Source: Parcubacteria group bacterium Gr01-1014_8 (lineage in GTDB: Bacteria; Patescibacteriota; Minisyncoccia; Phycocordibacterales; UBA2100). From it: a stretch of 64,000 nt of DNA. A program made the position numbers and the translations under genes. This document shows, in pieces, positions 1-9,734 of the stretch (its first letter is position 1; each line of letters starts with the position of its first letter). Below the pieces are notes generated by a model, which had not been told where the DNA came from, searched no databases, and saw only the letters and a program-made list of their open reading frames with translations. The DNA is taken from assembly GCA_007376385.1 (NCBI GenBank), contig VMGC01000002.1:1-64000 (forward strand), given 5' to 3'.

Positions 1-209
1 AGAACGTCCGCATGAGTCGCTCTCGCTGCGATCTCCGCTTCAATGTATCATTGCTGCATTACCGGCACGAGAGTGCCAAATGTACTGGACCCGTACAATT
101 GTTTGACATTAGGACGGGGCTTACATATAATCCCGCCACGTTGCGGCTTGCCCGGTAAAGTTTAGGGCTTAACTCCGCATTCATTTTACCAGTCTAGTCT
201 TCAAAAAAA

Positions 210-530
210 ATGAAAAAGGACTCAAAAAAGATCGGTATCATGCCTCTTGGCGACCGCGTGCTTGTGAAGCGTGAGGATACGGCTCAGAAGAAATCGCCCG
301 CTGGGATAATTATTCCAGATACGGCACAGAAGGAGAAATCTAAACGAGGGGTTGTCATAACGGTAGGGCCAGGAAAGATCAACGACGAAGGCACGCTTAT
401 TCCGATGTCGGTCAGACCCGGAGCGGAAGTCATATTCAGCGCAGGCTGGGACAACGAGGTCAAACTTGATGATAGCGAAGACGAATATTTTCTCGTTCAC
501 GAGTCGGATATTCTCGCCATCATCAAATAA
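210..530 (+). CDS. groES: co-chaperonin GroES (Hsp10)
   Basis: 106-aa ORF with typical GroES sequence (LGDRVLVK, IIIPDTA, GAEVIFS). It lies directly upstream of groEL. Confidence 0.92.
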   Translation: MKKDSKKIGIMPLGDRVLVKREDTAQKKSPAGIIIPDTAQKEKSKRGVVITVGPGKINDEGTLIPMSVRPGAEVIFSAGWDNEVKLDDSEDEYFLVHESDILAIIK

Positions 531-582
531 TTCTTCGTATTTATTTAGAACTTCAAACCAACCACGTAAAACCTAATTCAGT

Positions 583-2247
583 ATGGCAAAAAAAGTGATT
601 TTCGATGCAGAGGTTCGCGGAGCCTTGAAACGCGGTGTTGACATCGTTGCTGGCGCCGTACGCGTCACGCTTGGTCCCCGCGGGCGTAACGTCGCTCTCG
701 ACCGCTCGTGGGGTTCTCCTACCATCACGAACGATGGTGTTTCTATCGCGAAAGAAATAACCCTCGCGGACAAATTTGAGAACATGGGCGCGGCCATCGT
801 CAAAGAAGTTGCGACAAAAACAAATGACAAAGCAGGAGATGGGACAACGACAGCCGTTGTTCTCATGCAGGCCATCGTGCATGAAGGCTTGAAGCGCACT
901 GCGCTCGGTGCGAATGCGATGATGGTCCGTCGTGGCATCGAAAGGGCGGCAAAAGATGCCGTCGAAGAACTTAAGAAAATGGCAAAACCAATAAAGGGTA
1001 AGAATGATATCCGCCAAGTCGCATCCATTTCCGCTGAATCAGAAGAACTTGGAATAAAGATAGCGGATGTCGTAGAAAAAGTCGGTAAAGATGGCGTCGT
1101 TACAGTCGAAGAATCGCAGTCTATCGGTATCGAAACTGATTATGTAGAAGGCCTCGAATTTGATAAAGGCTATGTCTCTGCGTACATGATAACCAATGCG
1201 GAACGCATGGAAGCGGAGGCGCGCGATGTGCCAATATTGATAACAGACAAGAAGATATCAACCATCAAAGAGATACTTCCGCTCTTGGAAAAACTTGCTC
1301 AATCAGGAAAGAAAGATCTCGTTGTCATCGCGGATGATGTAGACGGAGAAGCGCTTGCAACATTCGTCGTCAATAAACTTCGCGGCGCATTCAACATTCT
1401 CGCCGTTAAAGCACCGGGATATGGCGACAGAAAGAAAGATATGTTGCAGGACATCGCGATCACCGTCGGCGCGCAAGTCATCTCGGAAGATCTCGGAATT
1501 AAGTTGGAGACCGCGGACCTCTCGATGTTGGGGAGAGCGAATCGCGTTGTTGCGACGAAAGACTCCACAGTCATCGTTGGCGGGAAGGGAAAGAAGTCAG
1601 AGATCGAGGCGCGAGTCGCCTCACTGAGGAAGCAGTCGGAGAACATTGATTCGAAATTCGACAAAGAAAAGATCGAGGAGCGGATCGCAAAACTCACTGG
1701 CGGCGTAGCGGTTATTCGCGTGGGCGCTGCAACAGAAACTGAAATGAAATATTTGAAGGACAAGATAGAGGACGCGGTGAACGCTACGAAGGCAGCCATC
1801 GCCGAGGGTATTGTCCCTGGAGGAGGTTCTGCACTCGCAAAGGTCTCTGAAAAACTTGCACGAAAGATAAATCCGAAATCGCACGATGAGGAAACGATAG
1901 GGTATCGAATTCTTCTCACCGCGCTTTCTGCTCCGCTTCTTCAGATAGCGAAGAATTCCGGACGTGAAGATGGTCCGGTCATCCTGCAGGAAATAATCAA
2001 GAAAGGAGGAAACATCGGATTCAACGCCGCGAGCGAGTCTGTAGACGCTGAAATGGTGGACATGATAGAAGCTGGCATCATTGACCCGGTGAAAGTGACG
2101 CGAAGCTGCGTCGAGAACGCAGCGTCAGCTGCCGCAGTTCTTCTCACAACGGAGGCAGCGGTCGCTGATGAACCAGAAGAAAAGAAATCTTCTGCTGGCG
2201 GCGGTATGCCGGGCGGCATGGGAGGAATGGGTGGGGAGGACTACTAG
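583..2247 (+). CDS. groEL: chaperonin GroEL (Hsp60)
   Basis: 554-aa ORF with a canonical GroEL N-terminus ([17 protein letters not shown]) and a C-terminal GGM repeat tail ([15 protein letters not shown]). Confidence 0.95.
   Translation: MAKKVIFDAEVRGALKRGVDIVAGAVRVTLGPRGRNVALDRSWGSPTITNDGVSIAKEITLADKFENMGAAIVKEVATKTNDKAGDGTTTAVVLMQAIVHEGLKRTALGANAMMVRRGIERAAKDAVEELKKMAKPIKGKNDIRQVASISAESEELGIKIADVVEKVGKDGVVTVEESQSIGIETDYVEGLEFDKGYVSAYMITNAERMEAEARDVPILITDKKISTIKEILPLLEKLAQSGKKDLVVIADDVDGEALATFVVNKLRGAFNILAVKAPGYGDRKKDMLQDIAITVGAQVISEDLGIKLETADLSMLGRANRVVATKDSTVIVGGKGKKSEIEARVASLRKQSENIDSKFDKEKIEERIAKLTGGVAVIRVGAATETEMKYLKDKIEDAVNATKAAIAEGIVPGGGSALAKVSEKLARKINPKSHDEETIGYRILLTALSAPLLQIAKNSGREDGPVILQEIIKKGGNIGFNAASESVDAEMVDMIEAGIIDPVKVTRSCVENAASAAAVLLTTEAAVADEPEEKKSSAGGGMPGGMGGMGGEDY
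2212..2246 (+). repeat. 35-bp direct repeat, copy 1 (groEL 3' end; left flank of the IS200-like element)
   Basis: ggcggcatgggaggaatgggtggggaggactacta is identical to 3087..3121. Confidence 0.85.
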
Positions 2248-3086
2248 TTGAGTTCAGTTTGTCCACAGCATAAAAACCATCAAGGCGACGCCTTGATGGT
2301 TTTTGCTATTATCCGGGAATGGCATTGCGTCGTCAGTCATTTGAAATCGACGAATGGTACCACTGTTACAACCGGGGAATCGATAAGCGTGCGACTTTTA
2401 AGTACGGGCACGATTACGAGCGTTTTCTGCAACTTCTATACCTCTGTAATGCAAAAGAGCCCGTTCATCGCAGCAATTTGACGGCTCGGACTACAAAAGA
2501 GGTTATGAATGTGCCTCGGCAGGCGGAGATTGTATCCATAGGGGCGTATTGTCTTATGCCTAACCATTTTCATTTGCTCGTGAAGGAAAAAACAATTGGT
2601 GGGATCACAGCATTTATGCAGCGTCTTGGCACGGCATATACAATGTATTTCAATATTAAGCATGGTCGTATAGGAAATCTTTTCTATAAACCGTTTCGAT
2701 CTCGGCATGTGATTGACGACAGATATTTCCAGAGGGTTGTTGAGTATTTACACTGTAATCCCGCGGAGCTTTTTGAAGTCAACTGGAAGCAGGGTGTTGT
2801 TAAAGATATGCAGGCGCTTGAAAAAAGAATCTCATCGTATCGATACTCAAGTTTTTCGGATTATCACGAGGAGAAGCCACGTTCGGAGCGGGTAATACTA
2901 TCGCCCGAAGGATTTGAGATCGCAAACGTACGACCTCTTCGACAGATGCTCGGAGAAGCTCGTGCATATTATGCGGATATTGCAATTGATGAAGCAACTT
3001 CGAAAACCATCAAGGCGTCGCCTTGATGGTGGGGTCGCCTTGAGGCTAGAAATGACGGGGTTTTACGTATCACCGTATTTTGGACA
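2247..3086 (+). mobile_element. IS200/IS605-like (RAYT-like) insertion carrying a single HUH Y1 transposase gene
   Basis: An 840-bp segment between 35-bp direct repeats. A subterminal perfect palindrome AAAACCATCAAGGCG-A-CGCCTTGATGGTTTT lies near the left end (about 2268-2298). A near-identical imperfect palindrome lies at the right end (about 3008-3036). The single ORF has the HUH motif. Confidence 0.6.
2319..3026 (+). CDS. IS200/IS605-family (Transposase_17 / RAYT-like) HUH tyrosine transposase
   Basis: 235-aa ORF. It has the HUH motif (YCLMPNHFHLLV) and a downstream YxxxNP tyrosine motif (VEYLHCNPAE) typical of TnpA(IS200) and REP-associated tyrosine transposases. Confidence 0.8.
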   Translation: MALRRQSFEIDEWYHCYNRGIDKRATFKYGHDYERFLQLLYLCNAKEPVHRSNLTARTTKEVMNVPRQAEIVSIGAYCLMPNHFHLLVKEKTIGGITAFMQRLGTAYTMYFNIKHGRIGNLFYKPFRSRHVIDDRYFQRVVEYLHCNPAELFEVNWKQGVVKDMQALEKRISSYRYSSFSDYHEEKPRSERVILSPEGFEIANVRPLRQMLGEARAYYADIAIDEATSKTIKASP

Positions 3087-3121
3087 GGCGGCATGGGAGG
3101 AATGGGTGGGGAGGACTACTA
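3087..3121 (+). repeat. 35-bp direct repeat, copy 2 (duplicate of groEL tail; right flank of the IS200-like element)
   Basis: Identical to 2212..2246. It is followed by the probable original groEL downstream sequence and hairpin. Confidence 0.85.
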
Positions 3122-3147
3122 ACGGCAATATATCTTGAAGAAATATA

Positions 3148-3180
3148 CAGCGGCTCGTTCCCATTAGGAACGAGCCGCTG
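3148..3180 (+). terminator. 14-bp-stem hairpin downstream of the duplicated groEL tail (terminator-like, no U-tract)
   Basis: cagcggctcgttcc-catta-ggaacgagccgctg forms a perfect stem. It is not followed by a T-run, so function as an intrinsic terminator is uncertain. Confidence 0.4.
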
Positions 3181-3207
3181 CTGTATAAGAGGTGTTAGAA
3201 TTTGTGC

Positions 3208-3816
3208 ATGAGTGAATTGAATAGACCGCGAAGTTTTTCGCCACAAGCAGGTTGGAGAACAAAACTTGCGCTCGCGCTCAGTCTTATGCCGGGGCAACTC
3301 GGAGTTGCTTCACATGCTGTGCATGCAGAACCAGGCAGATTCGACGAGATGATGAGAGACGAACAGGTCTTTTTGCGGGATGAGCGGGAAAGTAAAGAAA
3401 AAAGTGACGCGAGAAAACTTGCAGGAGAATTTGCGTTGAAACGTGCGTCTTTAGCAGAGGAAGAAGGCAAGTTGAAGATCCGTTTTAAAACATTCGAAGA
3501 GAGACAGCAGCGTTTGAAAGGGATAATAAACGAACGCGACTCAGCGGGCTTAAGTAAAGGCACCGTTGAAGAGCGCATGTTAGAAGACGAGGCAGGAGAA
3601 GGGACTATCGAGATGCTGGATCTATTGGAGTGGATACGAAAGAAGTATCCTGATCCGTCAAAGATGATAGAGCAATTTACCGAAGAGAGAGATAGAGATG
3701 CTTTAAAAAACGTGCGGCGCATAACTGAGATAATAGAAAAAATGTTGCAACTGCCTGGGACTCTAAAAGACCAGCAAATACTCCTCGAGTTGCTGCTTAC
3801 CCCTGGTTCTGATTAA
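3208..3816 (+). CDS. hypothetical acidic coiled-coil protein
   Basis: The ORF has a plausible start at 3208 (AAGAGG about 14 nt upstream). It is charged and helical, with no recognisable domain. Confidence 0.45.
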   Translation: MSELNRPRSFSPQAGWRTKLALALSLMPGQLGVASHAVHAEPGRFDEMMRDEQVFLRDERESKEKSDARKLAGEFALKRASLAEEEGKLKIRFKTFEERQQRLKGIINERDSAGLSKGTVEERMLEDEAGEGTIEMLDLLEWIRKKYPDPSKMIEQFTEERDRDALKNVRRITEIIEKMLQLPGTLKDQQILLELLLTPGSD

Positions 3817-3842
3817 AGTAAAGCAAGAATTGTAGAGATCGA

Positions 3843-6800
3843 GTGCATCGCACAAGCTCTCATACACAATGTTTGCTCGGTTCAACTGAAAGTGCAGGAT
3901 ACAATAGAGGCACATATCTCATGTCTGAAAAGACACACACGCCCCAGCATTTTTTTGGGCTCCTTTTGGTGCTCGTTTGTCTTGGTTTAATGTTAACGTT
4001 TGCGTTAAAGATCCCGTCGTCAAAAGCGCTCAGCGAGATTCCCGGCGATCCGAGCCCGGATTGCAAGGGGCCCTATTGTGTCAATAAGTCATTCAAAGGC
4101 AGCCCTTATCTCACAGCTGGTTGTGTTGAGCCTAAACAAGGGGAGACACCGACAAAAGACGGACTTATCGGTAAGAAATGTACTGTCACAAAAGATATTT
4201 CATGCACGGGAACTTGTATTGCCCCTCAACCTATTTGTGGTCACGCGAGTACATGTGATGGTAAGCCGGTAAAGAAAGCGGAAATTCCGAATGACCCGTG
4301 CGGATTAAGTCCTTGCCCTCCACCGCCGAACAATAATCAACAAGCCCCAAATAGTCCCGAAGAATCCGGGGGGCCACCTCCTTCGGAAGGAATGCCTCCT
4401 CCGCAATCCGGACTTGAACCTGATTTTTCGAAGTACGGAGAGTGGGGCGCGGAGCCACCGCCATCTGGAACACCTCCTTCTCCGGGGTCGGACTTCAAGT
4501 TCAGCGATTTTGGGGAATTAGGCAGCCTCCCTCCGCCACCAGATGCGCCCCCTTCTTCTGATGCTCCTCCGGGCAGATCTGGCTCAACTGGGTTTAATCC
4601 GCCGCCATCAGCTGGCGATATTAGCAGCGGTTTGGAGAATGTAGCAAAAGGCCTCGGCGACACGCTTTCAAAGATGGGACAAGATTTTATTCAAGCCGCA
4701 GGAGACGCTCTTAACAAAGGAAGAGAAACACTCGAAGACATCCTGCAAAGGCTTGCTGGTGCGGGGGATGGAACACCAGCTCCAACGCCAGATATTAAAA
4801 ACGAGATAGCAAAGAACGAAACAAAGGCAAGCCCAACACCCGCGGCAGAAAAAGGAATTGCTTCAACATACTGGCAACCGCAGAAACTTGCAGGTGGAGG
4901 ACAATTCAATCCAAACGCGATGACTGCGGCACATAAAACGCTTCCATTTGGGACACGTGTACGGGTTACTAATCTTAATAATGGAAGATCGGTCGAAGTG
5001 AAAATAAACGATCGAGGCCCTTATGTTAAGGGTCGCATAATCGACTTGTCGGATGCCGCGGGTAAGGCCATCGGGATCAATCGTTCAACTGCTCCAGTTA
5101 CAGTGGAGGTACTTGGCAAAGGCGCTGTTTCTTCAGGACCCTCGGGCGCGGCCTCGGGTTATCCGGTCGTTTCTCCCTCGGTCGGGCAAGGTTTAGGAGA
5201 AACCGAGCCGCCGTCATTCAACAACTCCACGTACGATGTTGCGCAAGGACTTGGTGAAAGTGAACCCCCATCGTTCAACAATTCCATGTATGATGTTGCG
5301 CAAGGTCTTGGAGAAACTTCGCCACCAGAATTCGGAAACATTGACTGGAGCCAGTACTCTTCGCAAGAGTTCGTAGGAACAGGACTCGGAGAAACCGAGC
5401 CGCCGTCATTCAACAACTCCACGTACGATGTTGCGCAGGGTCTCGGAGAAACGGAACCGCCAGCATTCGACGGTCCCGTAGAATCGCCACCGCTTGCTGA
5501 CGAGCAAGGTTTTATCGATTACGCGAATCAACTTGCAGACGAAACCTTTGCCGATACCATGGAAAAAGTACTCCAAGAGTGGACGGACGCGAAAGCATTT
5601 GCCGATGACATGGCAAAAGTTCTGCAAGAGTGGACTGAGACCAGAATGGCGGAAATGCAGGCAGCCGCTGAGGCTATGGCTGAGCAGTTGCGGGCATGGG
5701 AACAGGAGGCCAAGGACCTGTTGGCCAATATGGTCGCTCCAGAACCAGAAGAACCGCCTGTTGAAGGGATGGGTTTTGAGAAAGAAATTGAACTCGCAAA
5801 TAAAGTTGGTCAAGAAACAGAAGCGGCGCAAGCCGATAAAGCAGCAGCAGAACAGAAAGCTTCCGACGAAGCAGAACAGCAAAGGCGGGATGAACAGCAG
5901 AGGGCCGGAGAAGAATTACAGCGGCAGGCAGATGCGCAGGCCAAAGCGGAGGAACAGCAGCGAAGTGCAGAAGCGGAGCAAGAACGGCTAGATGAACAAC
6001 AGCGCGCAGGTGAAGAAATGCAACGACAGGAAGATGAAAGAGCTGCCGAGATAGAACGCCTCAAGAACGCAGACGCGGAAGATGCTTCCAAAATACCGGG
6101 CAAAGATGAAAAGATCGATTGGGGCAAATACGAGAAAGTTGACCAGTTTGATCAACAAGACAAGGAGTTAGGCGAGGAAATGAAGAGACAAGCTGACGCG
6201 AAAGCGGCAGAAGAAACGGCACGTGAGAAAAGTGCGGAAGCGGAGCGGCAAAGAAGCGCAGATGCAGAGCAAGAGCGATCGGGCGAACAAACAAGAGCAG
6301 GTGAAGAGTTAGAAAGACAAGCGGATGAGAAGGCACGGCAAGAAAAAGCAGCTGAAGAAGAACGTCAGCGACAGGACGAGATGAAGAGAGCAAGCGATGA
6401 AATGAAACGGCAGGCAGATACGTGGGCCGCGAAGGAAAAGAAATTATTCAAAGATACGACCGATGAACTTCGCGCGTGGGCGAAAGAGGACTGGGATAAA
6501 AACTACAAGGATGTGACGCCGGGTAAAACCGCGCCTGCACCGACACAGGGCAAAACTCCACCCGCAGGACCTCCTGCTAAAGCACCGCCAGCTGGTCCGC
6601 CGTCAGGTCCTCCGGGCGGAGGTACACCACCTCCAGGGGATGGAGGCCAGCCAGAAGGCGGCGGGGGCGGCATGGGAGAAATTCTTGGAAAAATCATGGA
6701 AATGTTGAAAGGGCTTCTTGGCATGGGAGGGGGCGGAGGAGGTGGAGGAGAAGAACAGCCAAGGCAACCAACTACGAACCCGTCCTCAACGAACCAACCA

Positions 6801-7103
6801 GGACCTATAGCGCCTCCTGCGAAAAAAGAACCGACAACAGCGAAACCAGTCGTTATCATGGTGGTGAATCCATCGAAGGTCGTCGAGGGCCATGATGCGC
6901 GCGTGTCATGGTCGAGCGTTCGCACACAAGAATGCGATGTTACAGACTCTGAAGGAAATACGATATCTACTGACGCAACCGATGGCACCGTGCTCATCGA
7001 AGACATGACAATAACAACAACGGTAACCATTACATGTTCAGCAGAAGGAAGAGACCCGATCACATCGGAACGGATCATTACCGTTGAGCCGTTCCCGATC
7101 TGA
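3843..7103 (+). CDS. giant secreted/membrane-anchored protein: N-terminal TM anchor, Cys-rich module, Pro-rich linkers, RlpA-like DPBB domain, tandem repeats, long E/Q/R/A coiled coil, C-terminal beta-sandwich-like domain
   Basis: 1086-aa ORF. The start is more likely about 3921 (MSEKTHT...FFGLLLVLVCLGLM). The DPBB region reads ASTYWQ...TAAHKTLPFGTRVRVTNLNNGRSVEVKINDRGPYVKGRIIDLSDAAGKAIG, which matches the RlpA family. The C-terminal approx. 80 aa (VSWSS..ECDV..TDG..EGRDPIT..ITVE) are shared with the next gene. Confidence 0.8.
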   Translation: MHRTSSHTQCLLGSTESAGYNRGTYLMSEKTHTPQHFFGLLLVLVCLGLMLTFALKIPSSKALSEIPGDPSPDCKGPYCVNKSFKGSPYLTAGCVEPKQGETPTKDGLIGKKCTVTKDISCTGTCIAPQPICGHASTCDGKPVKKAEIPNDPCGLSPCPPPPNNNQQAPNSPEESGGPPPSEGMPPPQSGLEPDFSKYGEWGAEPPPSGTPPSPGSDFKFSDFGELGSLPPPPDAPPSSDAPPGRSGSTGFNPPPSAGDISSGLENVAKGLGDTLSKMGQDFIQAAGDALNKGRETLEDILQRLAGAGDGTPAPTPDIKNEIAKNETKASPTPAAEKGIASTYWQPQKLAGGGQFNPNAMTAAHKTLPFGTRVRVTNLNNGRSVEVKINDRGPYVKGRIIDLSDAAGKAIGINRSTAPVTVEVLGKGAVSSGPSGAASGYPVVSPSVGQGLGETEPPSFNNSTYDVAQGLGESEPPSFNNSMYDVAQGLGETSPPEFGNIDWSQYSSQEFVGTGLGETEPPSFNNSTYDVAQGLGETEPPAFDGPVESPPLADEQGFIDYANQLADETFADTMEKVLQEWTDAKAFADDMAKVLQEWTETRMAEMQAAAEAMAEQLRAWEQEAKDLLANMVAPEPEEPPVEGMGFEKEIELANKVGQETEAAQADKAAAEQKASDEAEQQRRDEQQRAGEELQRQADAQAKAEEQQRSAEAEQERLDEQQRAGEEMQRQEDERAAEIERLKNADAEDASKIPGKDEKIDWGKYEKVDQFDQQDKELGEEMKRQADAKAAEETAREKSAEAERQRSADAEQERSGEQTRAGEELERQADEKARQEKAAEEERQRQDEMKRASDEMKRQADTWAAKEKKLFKDTTDELRAWAKEDWDKNYKDVTPGKTAPAPTQGKTPPAGPPAKAPPAGPPSGPPGGGTPPPGDGGQPEGGGGGMGEILGKIMEMLKGLLGMGGGGGGGGEEQPRQPTTNPSSTNQPGPIAPPAKKEPTTAKPVVIMVVNPSKVVEGHDARVSWSSVRTQECDVTDSEGNTISTDATDGTVLIEDMTITTTVTITCSAEGRDPITSERIITVEPFPI
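5185..5460 (+). repeat. intragenic tandem repeats (approx. 75-bp units encoding GLGETEPPSFNNSTYDVAQ)
   Basis: A 50-nt stretch is identical at about 5199-5250 and 5389-5440, with 3-4 repeat units. Confidence 0.8.
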
Positions 7104-7134
7104 GAACGAGAGCAGTCTTTGCACCGTTGCCAAC

Positions 7135-7151
7135 TTTTGAACAGTTGTTCG
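7135..7151 (+). promoter_or_regulatory. conserved near-palindromic motif TTTTGAACAGTTGTTCG upstream of the 826-aa paralog gene
   Basis: The identical 17-mer occurs at 9686..9702 upstream of the 2389-aa paralog. It lies about 33 bp upstream of the shared TATAAT. Confidence 0.45.
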
Positions 7152-7183
7152 CGCGCCGCACTCATTCGAGCGTTTATTAACTC

Positions 7184-7189
7184 TATAAT
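7184..7189 (+). promoter_or_regulatory. -10-like TATAAT box, 8 nt upstream of the ATG (possibly a leaderless or short-leader mRNA)
   Basis: ctcTATAATGATGAGTAATGCGAAACGCGC is shared 30/30 nt with the region upstream of 10031. Confidence 0.4.
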
Positions 7190-7197
7190 GATGAGTA

Positions 7198-9678
7198 ATG
7201 CGAAACGCGCGCGTCGCGGTTCCTTTGTTCGTAGCAACTATTTTGTGCTGCGCTCTCTTTGTTTTTGTACTTCTTTTCGCACAATCGAGTGAAAGTGCAA
7301 CGCCGCCGGCGGGTTCACCGGTGAATTGCGACGAACCGTACCGGACGTGTATAGCAGCGGCCGATCAAAAGTACGACGTACCGATGTCTACAACAGAAGC
7401 GGACAAGGCAGAGTGCCTAAACCGATGGAAGCTATGCATTACGAAAGACGCCGCATGCCAGTCTACGTTCAAAAGAAACACCGGGGGAAACTGCAGCACA
7501 AAACCGCAATGCAGGCATTGCAAGAACGTGATAACCGACAGCGAGGTGCGCTGCTGCTTTGAGCTGACGCATGGACCAGACGAAGAAAATTCGTGTGCAA
7601 CGAGTTTTGGCGGAAAATGCTATCACGCGGATAGAACATTGAGAAAGCCCCCTCCTTTTCTCGTAGGCTCAAACGATGTGGCGCGCATCATTTGTCCGGA
7701 CTGCATACGAATAGTGAATACCGATGGAAATGTTGTTGCCGTTCACCCGAGTACCCCCGCGCCGCCGAATTTCCAAAGTGTGGACAGCCCGCTCACTACA
7801 ATGGGCGATTTGGCTGCGAGAATTTCGGGCGAGAATGGATTGCCGCCCAACGAACTTCCCATGCAAATTGCACGAGAATACTTCGACTTCAAAAGTCTGA
7901 CTAGTGAGGGCGGATATCTTGACGTAAATACGGGCGAAGAGTATACGGATAGGGCAACAGATCTGGGAAAGACCTTACAGTTCCTGCAAGACAATGCGAC
8001 ATCACTTGACCCGCCAAAGCGTGAAGAGCCGCCTGATGATGGTGCAAATAAGGATACGCCTTGGGAAAAAGACGTCGGGTACAAGGCTGATGACACAAAA
8101 GCTAGCGAAGCGTTGGCGAAAGCGGCTGAACGCGAGCGAGCGGCGGAGCTTCAACGATGGAAAGAGCTCGGGGCCAAGGAAATAGAGGCGCAAAAAAGGG
8201 CAGAGGCCGATGAAGCCAAACGCCGGACAGAGCCGCCGTCTCTTTTGGAGCGCTCGAAGTATGACCTCGAGAAATTCCTGCGCACTGCAGGAATCAAGTC
8301 AACCCTCATTCCTCAAGGTGAGCCTGATGTACCGACGGTTCGTCCGATGTTTCCAACGTCAGCCGATGCTCCAGACCCGAACACAACCGCCGAATCGCGT
8401 TTCGCAGCAGTGCGAGATGCGGCGGAACAGTTTGATAAGTCTTCGAAGGAGCTTAGCGTGCTCCGTGCAGAACACGCAGATAATTATTATGATAAGGATT
8501 TTCGCGACCCGAGACTTCTGTATGCCGAAGAAGTAAATCGTGCCGACCGTGAAAGATTGGCTGCAGCGCTGGGAGCTGCGAAACAAGATCTCCCGCAACC
8601 GCTTGCGGAAAAGCTCGCGGCGCTTGAAAAGATGCACGATGATGCTCGAGCGCGGACAGAGGAAGTGAGAACAGGTTTCGAAAGAGCTACCGCAAATTTT
8701 CAAACGTGGGCAGAACAGAATGGCAAAACCACCCTGGGACATAAAGCAGATACTGATGCATTGTGGCATCGGGAAATACCAAAAGGCGCCGGCTCAAACA
8801 TATTTAACGATTGGTTTCCTGTTTGGATGCAAACGACACAAAGTCCGCAGCGAGAATATAGTGACGTGCGAACATATGACCGAGCGCAGGGGGAAATGTC
8901 CTCGGCAATTCAACGTGCGGAGACCGTCGAGCGTAATGCTGCGGCAGAGATACTTACTATCTTTGCTTCGGCTCCGCCGCCTCCCGTTGTAGCAGCAGCC
9001 GAGCCGAAGGCTTTAGAACCCACGGTGGTTATAGGAGCGGGACTGCCGACGGTTCTGCCATCGGGTCCGCCCCCCGCGCCAGATGATACAGCTGCTCCTC
9101 CTGTGCGACCGCCATCAGAGGACGGACCTGCAGGGCCTCCCTCTAAAACAACGCCGGGAGACGATCCTCCTCCGCCTTCTAAAGCGGCTCCTACGCCGCC
9201 CCCCGCACCCCCTCCGAACGGCCCAGGTCCTTTTCCGTTTCCGACCTACACTGACGGAAATGATAACGGTCAGCAAAACGGTGAAGAAAACAGCGGTGGC
9301 TTCGGTTCCGTTTTTGAGTACTTGAAAAAGGTGCTTGGTTTTGGTACTCCTCCTCAGAATAGTTCGCCTCCTCAACCTCCACCGACTGACCAGAAGACTG
9401 GTCCGGGTTCACAGCCTTACCTCGGTGCGCCGAAAGCAGTTGTCACCTTGATAGTAAGTCCAATAGTCGTTTCCGCTGGGCGTTCAGCGTATGTTTCGTG
9501 GTCAAGTATCAATACGAAAGAATGTGATGTGGGATCTGACGGAAAATTGCTTTCGGACAACAGCACGGACGGGATAGTCACCATCAAAAAGATAAAGACC
9601 TCGACAACTGTTCGCATCTCATGCGTGGTAGAAGGAAGGGACCCGATAACTGCAGAAAAAAAGATCACCGTCGAGTAA
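7198..9678 (+). CDS. secreted Cys-rich/Pro-rich surface protein (paralog family A) with C-terminal beta-sandwich-like domain
   Basis: 826-aa ORF. It has a signal peptide (VPLFVATILCCALFVFVLLFA). The N-terminal Cys-rich module is homologous to that of the 10031 gene. The C-terminal domain is homologous to the C-terminus of the 3843 gene. Confidence 0.8.
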   Translation: MRNARVAVPLFVATILCCALFVFVLLFAQSSESATPPAGSPVNCDEPYRTCIAAADQKYDVPMSTTEADKAECLNRWKLCITKDAACQSTFKRNTGGNCSTKPQCRHCKNVITDSEVRCCFELTHGPDEENSCATSFGGKCYHADRTLRKPPPFLVGSNDVARIICPDCIRIVNTDGNVVAVHPSTPAPPNFQSVDSPLTTMGDLAARISGENGLPPNELPMQIAREYFDFKSLTSEGGYLDVNTGEEYTDRATDLGKTLQFLQDNATSLDPPKREEPPDDGANKDTPWEKDVGYKADDTKASEALAKAAERERAAELQRWKELGAKEIEAQKRAEADEAKRRTEPPSLLERSKYDLEKFLRTAGIKSTLIPQGEPDVPTVRPMFPTSADAPDPNTTAESRFAAVRDAAEQFDKSSKELSVLRAEHADNYYDKDFRDPRLLYAEEVNRADRERLAAALGAAKQDLPQPLAEKLAALEKMHDDARARTEEVRTGFERATANFQTWAEQNGKTTLGHKADTDALWHREIPKGAGSNIFNDWFPVWMQTTQSPQREYSDVRTYDRAQGEMSSAIQRAETVERNAAAEILTIFASAPPPPVVAAAEPKALEPTVVIGAGLPTVLPSGPPPAPDDTAAPPVRPPSEDGPAGPPSKTTPGDDPPPPSKAAPTPPPAPPPNGPGPFPFPTYTDGNDNGQQNGEENSGGFGSVFEYLKKVLGFGTPPQNSSPPQPPPTDQKTGPGSQPYLGAPKAVVTLIVSPIVVSAGRSAYVSWSSINTKECDVGSDGKLLSDNSTDGIVTIKKIKTSTTVRISCVVEGRDPITAEKKITVE

Positions 9679-9685
9679 TTGCACG

Positions 9686-9702
9686 TTTTGAACAGTTGTT
9701 CG
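9686..9702 (+). promoter_or_regulatory. second copy of TTTTGAACAGTTGTTCG motif
   Basis: Identical to 7135..7151. Here it is separated from the TATAAT by the inserted 277-bp TIR element. Confidence 0.45.
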
Positions 9703-9734
9703 AATACAGGCCCCGTTTGAGACGGTATTCGCTC

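Noticed and set aside
222-2219. Minus-strand ORFs overlapping groES/groEL (222..500, 553..1017, 573..1028, 1299..1919, 1941..2219)
   Set aside because: They are antisense to highly conserved chaperonin genes and have no independent support.
6503-7237. 244-aa minus-strand Pro-rich ORF, with other antisense ORFs inside the giant genes (e.g. 4337..4663, 5406..5882, 10753..11211, 15323..16018, 16088..16576)
   Set aside because: All are antisense to the long, consistently coding surface-protein genes. Their composition mirrors the GC/Pro-rich sense strand.
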